A stretch of 64,000 bases of DNA from Vicugna vicugna (Eukaryota): contig MU058844.1 in NCBI GenBank assembly GCA_013265495.1, positions 1,494,941 to 1,558,940 on the forward strand, written 5' to 3'. A model generated the notes under the pieces. The model was given only the letters and a program-made list of their open reading frames with translations, was not told where the DNA came from and did no database searches. The position numbers and the translations under genes were made by a program. The stretch's first letter is position 1, and each line of letters begins with the position of its first letter. Positions 1 through 11,330 of this stretch are shown here, piece by piece.

Positions 1-700
1 ATCCACTTCAAGAATACAGTCTGTACAAACTGGATTCAACCTTGTCAGTGGGGGTCATTCTCTTGGATGGGATGGCTTCCACAGATAGAACTTTTCCAGT
101 GTCCTGTCCAGAGTGGGATGGGGATGATAATGCTGCTGCCAGGGTTGGAGGAGTCCCAGAGTTCTTTATAAATACTGTCCTTTAATGTGTCAGCTGTGCT
201 TCATGTGCCTGGTGGGTAGAGCTTCTCAGATTAAGTTTCTTCAGAATCTTTTACTCTCCTGTCTTTTTAAAATGGTTTGGAGATACTCACCTAGCTGTTG
301 GAAGGGTAGGACATTTGGGGGTCTAACTGCTCCTTATTCAGACTTTCAAGATCCCTCTCTTCAGTTTTGCCCCTCACATTCATCATCATCCAGTTCCTAG
401 AGTATTCTGGGTTTCTTCTGCAAATGGTCTTATTTCTTGTTAGCATCCCTCTCTTCAGGCATAAAGTTTAGCTTTCTCCAATCTGTTAAATCAGTTACCG
501 CTTATCCAACTATTTTCCTTTCCTCTCTTTGTTTTATATATTTAATTTGCTATCATTTCCTCTTCAATTCTCTTTGTTGTTATTGGTCTATATGAGTGTG
601 TCTATATGAGTATACCTAATTTCCTTTTTAATTTTTAGTAACATTTTAAGAAAATAAAATGAATATATGTATTTAATACACTATGTTTAACCAGAAGTTT
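1..700 (-). mobile_element. Ancient L1 (L1ME-like) 5'-region fragment
   Basis: Degenerate match to remembered L1ME 5'-end motifs in antisense, e.g. 'ctaactgctccttattcagactttcaa' and 'tttagctttctccaatctgttaaatcagttacc'. Boundaries approximate. Confidence 0.55.
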
Positions 701-1049
701 TACCTTTAAATTCTTAAGTTACATCTTTAAACATGATTGATTTTGGACAATAACTAGAGCTCATCAGCATTTACATGCTCCCAGAAAACAAAATGAGAAC
801 GTTAATGTTTCTTTCATTTCATTATACCTCACCACCTCCCAATTTGGGATCATCTAAAATTTTAACTCCAAATCATAATAAAAATAATTTTTTTGTATTA
901 CACATAAAAAGCATTTAAACTTAACAACACATTTTTATTGTTTCTTTTTTTCCTTTGTACCAGGCTTTTTTTTATAGCCCATATCTTTCCTTATCTTGAC
1001 TTAGTCTTGTTGTGTGATGTTGGCATACAAGTTTGAATAACTTGTTCAC

Positions 1050-1590
1050 ATTTTGGTAGAAGTTGGCTCATATTACAGAGCTTGTCTCAGTGATTGCAGA
1101 GGCAGAAGAAGACATCCGGCAAGGAGGAGATGTGAGCCTTAGCTGGTCTCTGGGGTATCACCTGTGACAACCAACGGCCCCATCTCTGGTCTCAGGACCC
1201 GCGTTCATCTGTGTCAGCCTGGGGACAGTTGCTGCTCTCTCTGGCTCTGCGCATCCAGGAAGTGGGGGGCTGGCTGACAAGCCTAGTTCCCCTAAATGTG
1301 CTGCCCCAATGAACCACTGTGACAATTGCTCCGGGACCTCCTTCTGCCTGAAGTTTCCCATAATCATTCTCATTTCCATGCTACTTCTGTCCTGTATGTT
1401 GTCCTCTGGTCTTGTTTCACCAAGAATTCAATCCTACGTCCTCTATATCTTCTATGATTATCTTACCTCTTTGTTGTTGACATCATTCTTTCTTGTTTTC
1501 TGTGTTGTTATGAATATGTTTCTTTATTTGACCATATTCAGAGATATCAGAGTGGAAGAGAATGTGTGTTTGGTCTGCCACTTTGCTCCT
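1050..1590 (-). mobile_element. Ancient L1 (L1ME-like) 5'-region fragment
   Basis: Degenerate L1M 5'-end-like sequence; accounts for spurious ORFs 1158..1379 and 1309..1602. Confidence 0.45.
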
Positions 1591-2325
1591 ATTTCTGGAT
1601 AACATATATAACAATGTCCCTGCCAATCAGCTCATGTATTATTACCATGTTGTTTCTAAAAGGAAAATTTAATTTATTATCCCTGCCTTTGGTTTTGTCT
1701 TTTTTGCTTTTTTTTAATCTGCTTATACTTATTTTTGTTTAGTATAATCCAACCTGACAGGAAAAGTCTCTCTTTATAGCCATCACCCATAAAAAGCAAT
1801 AATAAAATCTTAACTCTGATGCTTATTTACTGTGTATACTCTGCCAAATGGCAAAGAAAGCATTTCCAGTATAGATTCCCCACCGGTGCTAAGAGCATCT
1901 GTAAAGACATGGTAATGTGAAAGAAAGCCAAAAAGATACAATGGAAGCAGTGTTGTCCAAAACAGTTTTCGTTAAATGTACTTATCTTAAAAGGACTCTG
2001 TATGTTCCTCCAGGGAAATGGATACTTTCTCTTCCCACATTTTGAACTGGCAGTCTCCCCCTTTTCTGGAACTGCACTATCAACTTTTCTTTGCTGCTGG
2101 AATCAATGCAAAGAATATTAAAAGTTTACTAGAAAGTCCTTGTTTTCTATAAAAAAAAATCTGATGGTTAAAGAGATATTTCTGTGCTCTTTAAGGTAAA
2201 TTGTTCTGTTTAAGGGAAATTGTGCTCACTTATTGGTACCAGTTATTGTTTTCGGTGGAATTCCATCTCTGAAATTATAATGTAAAGCCTTAGAACAGAA
2301 GCTAATTTATAAAATTTTGTCTAAG

Positions 2326-2366
2326 GCATTTTCAGCATTAGTTAAGCATTTTCAGCACTAGTTAAG
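2326..2366. repeat. 20-bp tandem duplication
   Basis: GCATTTTCAGCA(T/C)TAGTTAA twice in tandem with one mismatch. Confidence 0.9.
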
Positions 2367-3571
2367 GTTAGAGTTAGTGTTATTGTATGTAATAAATGCA
2401 AACTAGAAAGTATGGTTTACCCAAATGAATGCAATTCCCTTAGATTGAAGGAATGATGATTCTTCTTTCAAACTCATCAAACATACTAGAAATTCCAGTA
2501 GTATTGTTCATGCAAATTCAGGGAAACTGCTCAGTACATAAATAAGAGTAGTTCAAAAAAAAAAAAGATCGGTACATGTTTAATGCTTTTAACACCTTGA
2601 AGTCTGTATTTTGAAAGTATGATTGTACTAACCTCTTGAGATATATCTAACTTCTGGGCGCTTGCTTAGACCATTTTTCTCTTAATACACATGATTCATG
2701 TACCAATACACATGAGATTCATGTGTTTCTTTAGATTTTACCTGAAGCCTCTTTTGCTATGTGTCTTATTCTCATGCCAGTTCTTTCTCTCCCTGGGACA
2801 TATGTTGAGTCTTATTTGGATTTTGGAGCAAATACTAAAAATAAGAACAAAAAGGAATAGGATATTTTGATGCTACAAGGGACTAACGAGGTAATTTATT
2901 CTAGGCTTTTCATTGTTAACATGAGAAAATTTAGGCCTGACTAGGAAGGGTGTATATCCTCGGGAGGTGGACTATGTCTTCTGGCATCTCTCACTCCTGT
3001 CCCTGCTTTGAGCAGATGATTCAAGTTAAGATGATGCCAAATTTCAGGAAATCTAAAAATGTTTTTAGCTCTAGAATGTGGGTAATACATATTAAACTTG
3101 TAGCTTGATTTTGAAGAAATTTACACTTAAAATGTGTATTTTTGCAGTCTTTTATTTTCTTCATCATCTGAGCTTATGATATTTGAGTATGTAAAATAAA
3201 TTAAGTTGCTAAGCAAACTGAATAACCACGGTATGGAATGTACATGAATGTCACCTTGGGAAAAAAAGTCTGGTCAAAGACTAAGTATAATCATATAATA
3301 TTTATTTTGAGTCCTTGAAAAAGTTCCGGTCTGTTCAACTAAGGCTTTTATGTTTAAACACTAAACCATTTTCTGTACAAAATCAAACAAACCCACAAGT
3401 AGACAGCAAAGAATCTGGGGTAATTGGCTGGGCTTTGTCTAAAAGCCTCTTTTAGAGGTTAAATTAACAAAGGACACGTATTTTTTCTGTTTGCCATGTA
3501 ACACTAGTAGTAGAAAGCTAGATTACTATTTAGTTGATAGCTTTTGCCTTAAGCATATTCTTTTATTGCTC

Positions 3572-3607
3572 TGTGTGTGTGAGAGAGAGAGAGAAAGAAA
3601 GAGAGAG
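3572..3607. repeat. (TG)n(GA)n compound microsatellite
   Basis: Directly visible. Confidence 0.9.
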
Positions 3608-3685
3608 TTTTTAAAAGCAAACCATGACCTCTTTGATAATTAGCACCCTTACAAAAAACATAAAAGGTTTATTGCAACTTGATTT

Positions 3686-3848
3686 GGAGGAAAGAGCACT
3701 GAATGAGGAAACCCGAGTTTCACTTCCAGCTCTTAGACGCATACTTGTGTGATGTTAAGCAAGTTACTTGCTTTTTTTGGATCATAGCTTCCTCATCTGG
3801 CAGAATAGGATCAAAATCTCCTCCCAACTCTAAAGTTTCATTATTCTC
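3686..3848 (+). mobile_element. MIR SINE
   Basis: MIR core motifs: 'ttgtgtgatgttaagcaagttactt ... agcttcctcatctg'. Confidence 0.7.
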
Positions 3849-4214
3849 TGAAATAAATGAGTATTCATACTTTACTGATCCTCACAAAATAAACAGACAA
3901 TATTCGGTAGCCATAAGTGTCAGAATGATTTGTTACATCACTTTCTTCTTGGAAAGAAATACATGAGAAAGTAGCCTTCTTATTGGACAAGTCTACATTT
4001 AGAAATAATTTTATCTTCATCAACACAGCAAGCTTTATCTTTTTGGAACATACTGGTAACTTTTTGGTTATTAGAGCCAAAATTTCAATTACCCCTCTTT
4101 TTCTAAAATGTGCTCATTATATAATAATTTTTAAAAGATTATTTTCTTTGAGAGAAATACTATAGTTTCTGTTTATCTATGTATCTCTGTGATTATTTGA
4201 TTATCTGTTTTCAC

Positions 4215-4325
4215 ACCAAGCTATATGGTCCATGAAGGCAGATAGCATTTTTGTTTCATTTACAATTTAACCCTAGAAGTTAGCGTAGTGCCTGACACCT
4301 GGTGTGTGTGCAATGAAGGAAGAAA
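4215..4325 (+). mobile_element. L2 3' end fragment
   Basis: 'ccatgaaggcaga ... tagcgtagtgcctgacac ... aatgaa', typical of the L2 3' terminus. Confidence 0.65.
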
Positions 4326-5085
4326 CATGGTTGTTTAGGCTGACCAGGATGGTTACGTGAGATGCCGTATGTTGTCTGAATCATTCAAGAATATTTTCAA
4401 GTCTGAGACTCACACAGAGTCTTTCTGAGTTTTCTATATTATATTGTTGATGGGGAAGCATTTTCTTGGTTTTTGGTTTTCTCTTTTTGGAGGAGAGCAG
4501 AGAAGGCATTGATCTGGCTTGATAAATTTCCCAAAACCACTCGTGTTAGAGAGTGTTTAGAGGTTATCTATCCTTGCTCTTTGTTGTCTGTGAAGAAAGG
4601 CTGTTTGTAAACCGGGTTCATGCAGCTAATTGAAGATGCCTCCTCCCTATCTCCCTGCAAAATTTTATGACTCTTCATATGCATCCTTAGCCTCAATTTG
4701 CCAAAGTACTTGGCTAAGCATTCTAACTCATTGTCCTCTGCAAAGTGTACGATGATGTGACTCACACCAGCAAGGCAGGCAGAAATGAGAGTCAGGACAA
4801 AACCAACAGATGCAGCATATGCCCACTGAAGACCGTGTGGCAAGAAGAGTTAGCGTGGACTGAGCTTCACATGGGTTATTATGCCCAAGCGATGTCAGCG
4901 CTCAGCTAGATTAGGGATTCTGATCATTTCAATAATTTTTCTTCATAAATCATAACTGTAACAGTGGAGCTTGGATTCTATATGGAAAGCAACGCAATGA
5001 TATTATTTGAAGAATTTTGCAAGGATGACGTTTAGGCAGGGTTAAAAGGAAAGTCATCTGAGTCCTCTTTTCTTATTCCTATTCA

Positions 5086-5160
5086 GTATCTCTTCCCTTC
5101 TTCCCTCTCTCCCTCCCTTCTTTCCCTCCTCCTCTCTCCCTCCCTTCCACCCTTTCATCT
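5086..5160. repeat. Polypyrimidine (CT-rich) low-complexity tract
   Basis: About 70 nt almost entirely C/T. Confidence 0.85.
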
Positions 5161-5164
5161 CACA

Positions 5165-5345
5165 GGAAGGTGGTATTCTCTAGTGAAAGATCTTGGATTT
5201 TAGAGTCAGGCAGTTATTTAGCATCTTGATGCTGCCATTTTCTCTCAAGTCTCTTTAACCTTCCGGAGGCTCAGTTTCCTCAAGTGTTAAAAGGCAGATG
5301 ATAAATACTTACATCACAGGGTTGTCTGAAGGTTAAGTAATAGAA
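5165..5345 (+). mobile_element. MIR SINE
   Basis: 'ttagagtcaggcag ... ctcagtttcctcaagtgttaaaagg ... cacagggttgt'. Confidence 0.75.
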
Positions 5346-5579
5346 TAACGTCAGCTACTATTTATTAATCGTCAACTGTATGCATTATCTAATTTAATAC
5401 ACACAATAACTTTGTAGGTAAAATGTCTGGTACATGGTAGGTGACATGTAAACAACAAAGCAATGGGAGTACTGGGTACTCTCTGTACCATGGTTTTCAA
5501 GCAAGTGCTTCCTTATTTAATTGTCAGGTGTCGTTATTTATGCCATTAGTCTCCAGAGTCCCTGCCACCAAAGTAAAAC

Positions 5580-5960
5580 TGATCATTCAGTCATTTGGAA
5601 TATGTTTTTTGAGTACCTACTCCATACCAGGTATTGTGTGTGCTACTTGGGGGAAAATAGGGAGCAAGGAACACAACGCAGTTCCTAACTTCATAGGGGT
5701 TATAACTGAGTAGAGGTTATGGATAAATACACAGCTATGACCAAGTGTGATGAGTCTATAGACGGCAGGAAATACAGAATGAGTGTTTCAGGAGGGACCA
5801 CTAATTCCAGTTTAGGGGGTTCAGTGAGGGTCCCTTGGAGGACATCACATCTACACTGAGACTTGAAGGATGAATCAAATGGGGATTAGAGGCTGCAGTG
5901 TGTTCAGAGGAGCCCTCTATGCACAGGCACTGAGATGAGAGGTGCTACGACAGATGTGAG
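5580..5960 (-). mobile_element. L2 3' region
   Basis: 'tcattcagtcattt ... ttgagtacctact ... ccaggtattgtg ... ctgagacttgaaggatgaa'. Confidence 0.75.
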
Positions 5961-7657
5961 AAGCCGCAAGCAGCTGGCTCTGGAACTTGTGGGGACGCAT
6001 GGTGAGAGCTGCCGCCAGTGGGGAGCGCGGTGGCTTGGTCCTGGAAAGGTTTGGTGCCCGTCTAGCAGATATCACCTCGCCTCAGGCTACCTTTTAGCCC
6101 CCTCCTGGGTTCTCAGGTCCTCTCCTCCTCAGCCTGGCTTTGGAACAAGGGCCAGCTGTCCTGTGGACCCTGGACACCCCATCTGAGTGGGCATATGTTT
6201 CAGTGCTCACCCCTGATTCTCAGGTAATCTCTTATGCTGTGTTCTTGGTCTCGAAGAAGAAAGGCTTATCTTACTAGTAACATGGCAGGACGCTTGGTCC
6301 ACTGACTATCTCTAGCTATCAGCCCTCCTCTAATCTGAGGGGTGTTGGGCTATGGGGCCAGGAGGCTCTTATCAAGGGTCTCTTCTGGCCAGCACTTTGC
6401 AGTCTGGAGCCCTTTTAACAGGCCCAGGAATCTGAGGCCAGGCTGAGGAGAGTCGACTCTTGTCCCACTTGGCCTCTCTGTGCCTGGACACCTTCTGGAA
6501 AACTTGAGGCAGCCAGACTCTGGGACACCATCACCAAGTTACCATTTCACTCTTCCTGGGATGGATCAGATGAATGAGACACAGATCAGTTAGCTGGGTG
6601 GACTGATTCATTTACTGACTCACAAAGAGTTTATCTCCGAGGCTGTGCTACAGAAAGCGCCGTCCCAGGAGCTGGGCTGCCGGAGTGCTGAGGACGTCTG
6701 AGGGGAGCTCCGGCCCCAGAGACAGGACAGCAGACAACCAGATGGCAGCGCTACCTTCCTTTTGTGCAACTGATCAAATGCTTGTTAACTCTGCTTAAAG
6801 GCACCTCTCTGCGCCTAAGACCTGGACCTTCTGAGAGTGAAGAGCTGCTTGTCATTACTGTCCTGGCATAAACCCGGACTGTCTCAGGCAGACGCAGACA
6901 TAGGGTGGCCCCTAGCCATGAGCTCGCTGCTGGCCCCGCGCCTGCTCCCCAGTTTGTGGTGTCTGTACTTCGGGGGAAGAACCTGGGGCCAAGGCATTCT
7001 GGGTCTCTTTTATGGCATTATTTTTTTATGTTCCCCAAAGCCATTTTTGGAACATTCCCCATTTTATGAAATCCTCATGTTTCTGAAAGATCATCATTAG
7101 CCATTTTAATACAAGACAGTTGATTTCTAGTCAGAGCAAAGGAATGGGGTGGTAAAATGGAAAATCTGAAGGGAGAAAGACTCTTGAAAAGGAAAACTTG
7201 AGCTTTATCTCCTGGCTTTTTGTAATCATTTCATTAAAATGTGGAGGTGGAGGCAGCCTACTCTTCAAAATGTTGGCTCTTAAATTCTGTCTCACACAAT
7301 TATGAACTTGGTTGATACTGTGCTAAGTGAATAGGGATAATTACTTGTGTTACTATTGTTTGTCTAGAGAGGTGACAAGGAAGAAAATATGTCACATGCA
7401 ACTAACAGATGAGAGATTAAGGAGGCACTTTCTTGATTTATGAACTGTTTTCTACTAAACATGTTTCTTGGTAAGATGGTAACTGAAATGCCAGTGTGCT
7501 GTGAAGCCAATACCATCTTAGCAGCAGTGTTTTTCTCCACCTCAAATTAAGCAGCTGATGGGAGAATCTGGTGACCAAGTGTTACTTTCATTTTTTATTC
7601 CTTCATTCATTCTAACAGTATTTTAAAAATGAGCATTTTTTAGCACTGACTCCAAAG

Positions 7658-7861
7658 CAGAAGTTCTCACCTGAGTGTAGTTTTGCCCCTCAGGGTATAT
7701 TTGGCAATGTTTGGACACATTTTTGCTTGTCGTATTGGGGGTGGATAGAGTGTGATTGACATCTAATGGTTACAGGCCAGTGAAGCTGCTAAATATTCCA
7801 AAAAGCACAGGACAAGTGAAGTCTGGCTGCAAATGTCGATACTGCTAAAGCTGAGGAACTG
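7658..7861 (+). mobile_element. MER20 (hAT-Charlie non-autonomous DNA transposon)
   Basis: Near full-length match: 'cagaagttctca ... ttttgcccctcaggg ... tttggcaatgtttggacacattttt ... gctgctaaa ... gcacaggaca ... aaatgtcgatactgctaaagctgaggaactg'. Degenerate 8-bp flanks ctccaaag/ctctgtag. Confidence 0.85.
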
Positions 7862-7876
7862 CTCTGTAGCATCCCA

Positions 7877-8100
7877 GTCATTCATGTATTTTATTCATCA
7901 ACAGTTACTTACTGAGCACCTACAATGTGCAGGTGCTGCACTGCTGAGGATATAGCAGTGAACAAAAATCCCTGCTCTTGTTTGATTTGCATTCTAATAG
8001 TAGAGAGAGAGCTCATAAATGTGATAAATAAAAGGTTGTAAGCACTAGGTAGAAAAAATAAAGCTGAGAAAAGGATAGGGAAGGTCAGTAGGCAGTGGTG
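7877..8100 (-). mobile_element. L2 3' end
   Basis: 'tcattca ... ttactgagcacctacaatgtgcagg ... gaggatatagcagtgaacaa'. Confidence 0.8.
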
Positions 8101-8134
8101 AGATGGAAACCCTCATATTGGTCACTGAGGTGGG

Positions 8135-8280
8135 GGTATTTGTCACCGTGTACAAATAGGAAAACTGAGTCTCCAAGAGGGGAAATATTTGTTCAAGTTC
8201 TCCCAGGAGATGTAGCTAGGATTTGACGGGTGTGTTGGCTGCTTTAGAGTCTAAAGGGTTATTTCCACTTGTGCTACGCT
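8135..8280 (-). mobile_element. MIR SINE
   Basis: 'tacaaataggaaaactgag ... ttgttcaagtt ... agctaggatttga'. Confidence 0.65.
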
Positions 8281-8399
8281 ATGTATGATCACCAGACACC
8301 AGGGATTTCCTTGCTTCTTTTTGATGAAATTCCCCTTTTCTAACTTACCAATAGCCATCTCCTGCCCCACCCAAATCCTCCAATTCTAGCATCTGTATT

Positions 8400-9000
8400 T
8401 CTGTCAGTTAGAACATTCTTTGACTATAGCCTTGCCCAGACTCCTTACTCTCTTGACTTAAACATGCTCAAAGCTTTCTGCCATCTAAAGCATAAAATGA
8501 AAAAAATTCCTACCTTAATTCGACAGGCCCCTCCAGCTATAGTCCCACCTTCTCCTCTTTTACTAGCTAAAGTTCTTAAAAAGATGCTCGTTTATGCTGT
8601 CTCTCCCCCTACACCGCCCCCGCTCTCCCAATTTACTTGTAAAAGGACCTCTGTGCTCTTAGTCCACACAAACTGTTTTTGTCAAGGTCCAGAAATGACC
8701 CCGTAGTCTCCATTTTTATAGCCTTATTATTATTATTATTATTTTTTCTGTTTGTCTGCCCTTTCTCACGTGGCCTAGTCCCAGCACTGGGTGTCCATGA
8801 CCTTTCTTCCCTTGTGTCTGACATACTTCTCCTCTCTTGACTTCTATCTTTTAGCTCTGGAAATTCCTTCTTCCTCTTTGGCTTTTCCTTTTAGGCAGCC
8901 CTCATGGGTTCCCCTTCTCTTTTACTCCTTCTCTTCATAAATTGGTGCCCTTTAGTATCCTGTTCTAAGTTTTCCTTTCTTCTCACCTATGGCTTCTATG
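8400..9000 (+). mobile_element. L2 internal fragments
   Basis: Pyrimidine-rich L2 ORF2-like decay ('aaacatgctcaa', 'aaactgtttttgtcaaggtccagaaatgacc'). Confidence 0.55.
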
Positions 9001-9299
9001 GATTTGTTATGTAAAGCAATCCCAAAGGTATGTAATACACTCTGGAATTTGCTGAGATGTGAACATAGTTTAATGTGATAAGAAGGTGATGTGTAAGAGT
9101 GAGGACCTGATGAGTGATCCTGGCCAGCCACCCAGAATCCTCACTGCTGAGCTAAATTGAATGAGTATTATGGCAGGGACTCCCTTCAGCCCCCTCAATG
9201 ATTACAAGGGCTCTCTATTCCTACTTAAGTTCATCCTTTACTCATACCATGTTCATCCTTCCAAAAGGCAGGCCTGGATCAGGATCTAGTTCCTATCCC

Positions 9300-9921
9300 T
9301 GTGCATCAGGCCATTCAGAGTGCTGTAACAAAATACCGTAGCCTGGGCGGCTTACAAACAACAGGCATTTATTTCCCATAGTTCTGGAGGCCGGGGTGTC
9401 CAAGATCCATGTGCCAGCATGGTCGGGTAAAGGCTTACTTCCTGGCTTACTGATGTCCGGCTGTCTTCTCACTGTGTCCTCCCGTAGTGGAAGGGGAAAG
9501 TGGCCTATTTATTTTATAACTGGAAGTTTGTACCTCTTAATCCCCCTCGCTTAGTTTGCCACTCCCCAGCCTCCTCCCTTTTGGCAACCGCTAGTTTGCA
9601 TATGTGAGTCTTTCTGTTTTGTCATGTTTATTCTTTTCTTTTTAGGTTCTGCATATAAGTGAAGTCATACAGTATTTGCCTTTTTCTGTCTGACTTATTT
9701 TGCTTAGCATAGGCCCTTTAGGTGCATCATGTTGCCACAAATGACAAGGTTTAATTCTTTTTTGTGGCTGAGTAATATTCCACTGGACATATATACCACA
9801 TCTTCGAAAAGGGCACTAATTACCTAATCACTGCCCTAAGTCCCACCTCCAAATACCATCATATTGAGTATTAGGTTTCAATATATGAATTTGGGGGGCC
9901 ATAAACATTCCACCTACAGCA
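9300..9921 (-). mobile_element. MLT1A-like MaLR solo LTR, interrupted by an L1
   Basis: 'gctgtaacaaaataccgtagcctgggcggcttacaaacaacaggcatttattt ... agttctggaggc' (9300-9505) resumes at about 9806 with 'cccacctccaaataccatcatattg ... ttaggtttcaatatatgaattt'. Confidence 0.85.
9506..9805 (-). mobile_element. 5'-truncated L1 3' UTR nested in the MLT1A LTR
   Basis: 'tattttataactggaagtttgtacct ... catataagtgaagtcatacagtatttg ... ggctgagtaatattcca ... tataccacatctt'. Confidence 0.85.
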
Positions 9922-10813
9922 CCCCTTCACCTTTCACAAGACAGCTAATCTACACTCATGTTTTCATGCTCTTGAACAGCTCTTCCATCTGCTTGGAATG
10001 CCTTCCTTCCCCACTCCCACTCCACAGTGTGGATCTTAGGAGTCCTACTCATTATTCAAAGCTTACCTTACCTAGTACTTTTGTACCCCTGCCCAGCTTT
10101 CCCAGGCAAAATACTATCTCACATACACCCCACTGCTCCCCACCTCCAATTAGACTATGCACTCCTTTGCACATAATCTAATATGGAGGAGAAGATTCAA
10201 GGGCAAAGTTTCTGTCCTCAAGCAAGCTGTTCTACCCAGAAAATTATCTATTGTTTTCTCACTATAAAGCTTCTTTACTCTCTTAATTCCAAATTATTGA
10301 ATTTCTGTCACCAATTTGCTGTGTAATCCTGTATGTTTTACTTAACCTCTCTGAGCTATCATTTGATCCACTCAAATTCTGTCTAATAATGTTCTCATTA
10401 TAACTCAAAGAAATGTATCAAATTCTCTGAGTTCTCCAGAGGAAAAGATGTCATGAACCAAAGATGAAATAAATTGTCATTCATTAAAATAATAATTATT
10501 CAGACGCCCCCAACAAAGTGAAACTATTTCCAAAGAAAAAATCCCCCTCCTTCTATCTCTTTAAAGCTTGAAGCCACTTATAATATAACAAGGCTTTGCC
10601 ACATAAATCTTTTTTCTTGTTCACAAGATTGTCATTCATCTTTTTCTCCAATTTCTCCTTAAATTTTTGAAAAACTTCAGATTCACCTTTTGCTATTTCA
10701 CTTAGCTCTTTTCCCCCTCAAATGAAAGGAGACTTTCATGTCAGAGAAGTGAGGAGATAAAAGTTTAAAATTACATGTTCTTGATCTTGATCTGAAGCTT
10801 TCCTATCACTTAC

Positions 10814-10822
10814 TGTCACAAC
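10814..10822 (-). other. Candidate 9-nt microexon (GTTGTGACA), host gene unknown
   Basis: Minus strand: tcttttcttctaattcctccttctttattgcttcacttcttttccccag|GTTGTGACA|gtaagt. Long polypyrimidine tract, about 70 nt free of AG, CTAAT branch-point-like motif, consensus donor. No transcript evidence. Confidence 0.4.
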
Positions 10823-11149
10823 CTGGGGAAAAGAAGTGAAGCAATAAAGAAGGAGGAATTAGAAGAAAAGACGTGTAGAGATGAATACCAGGTACCTTTA
10901 CTCACTTTGTTACTCCAAGTTTTAGAATTCAGGTCATCTTTTAAAAATCTCATTTTGGCAAGTGGGTAAATGTATGTGAAACAAATAATTGGAAGAGAAA
11001 ATAATGGAAGAAGAAGAGTTTCAGTCAGGATATCTTTCAGTCACACTTTCGTATTCCATTGACATTTCCATGGAATATCTCTGTGCATGGAAAACTGATG
11101 CTTAGATACTAGGGGTGGGAGGGGTATGGAGAGAGAGAATTAGAATTTA

Positions 11150-11330
11150 TTGATTACTTTCCTTGCTATGTGTTTATATAATTTATTTCATTTAACCTTT
11201 CCAATAACTCTATGTAGTATATTTACCTACTTTTGAGTTAAACCAACTGGAACTCACTGTACAGTTAGTAGTAAGTAGAGCCAAAATTGAAACCTAGGAT
11301 TTTCTGACTCAAACACCATCCCACACTGAT
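11150..11330 (-). mobile_element. MIR SINE
   Basis: 'atttcatttaacctttccaataactctatg ... agtaagtagagccaaaattgaaacctagg ... tctgactc'. Confidence 0.65.
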
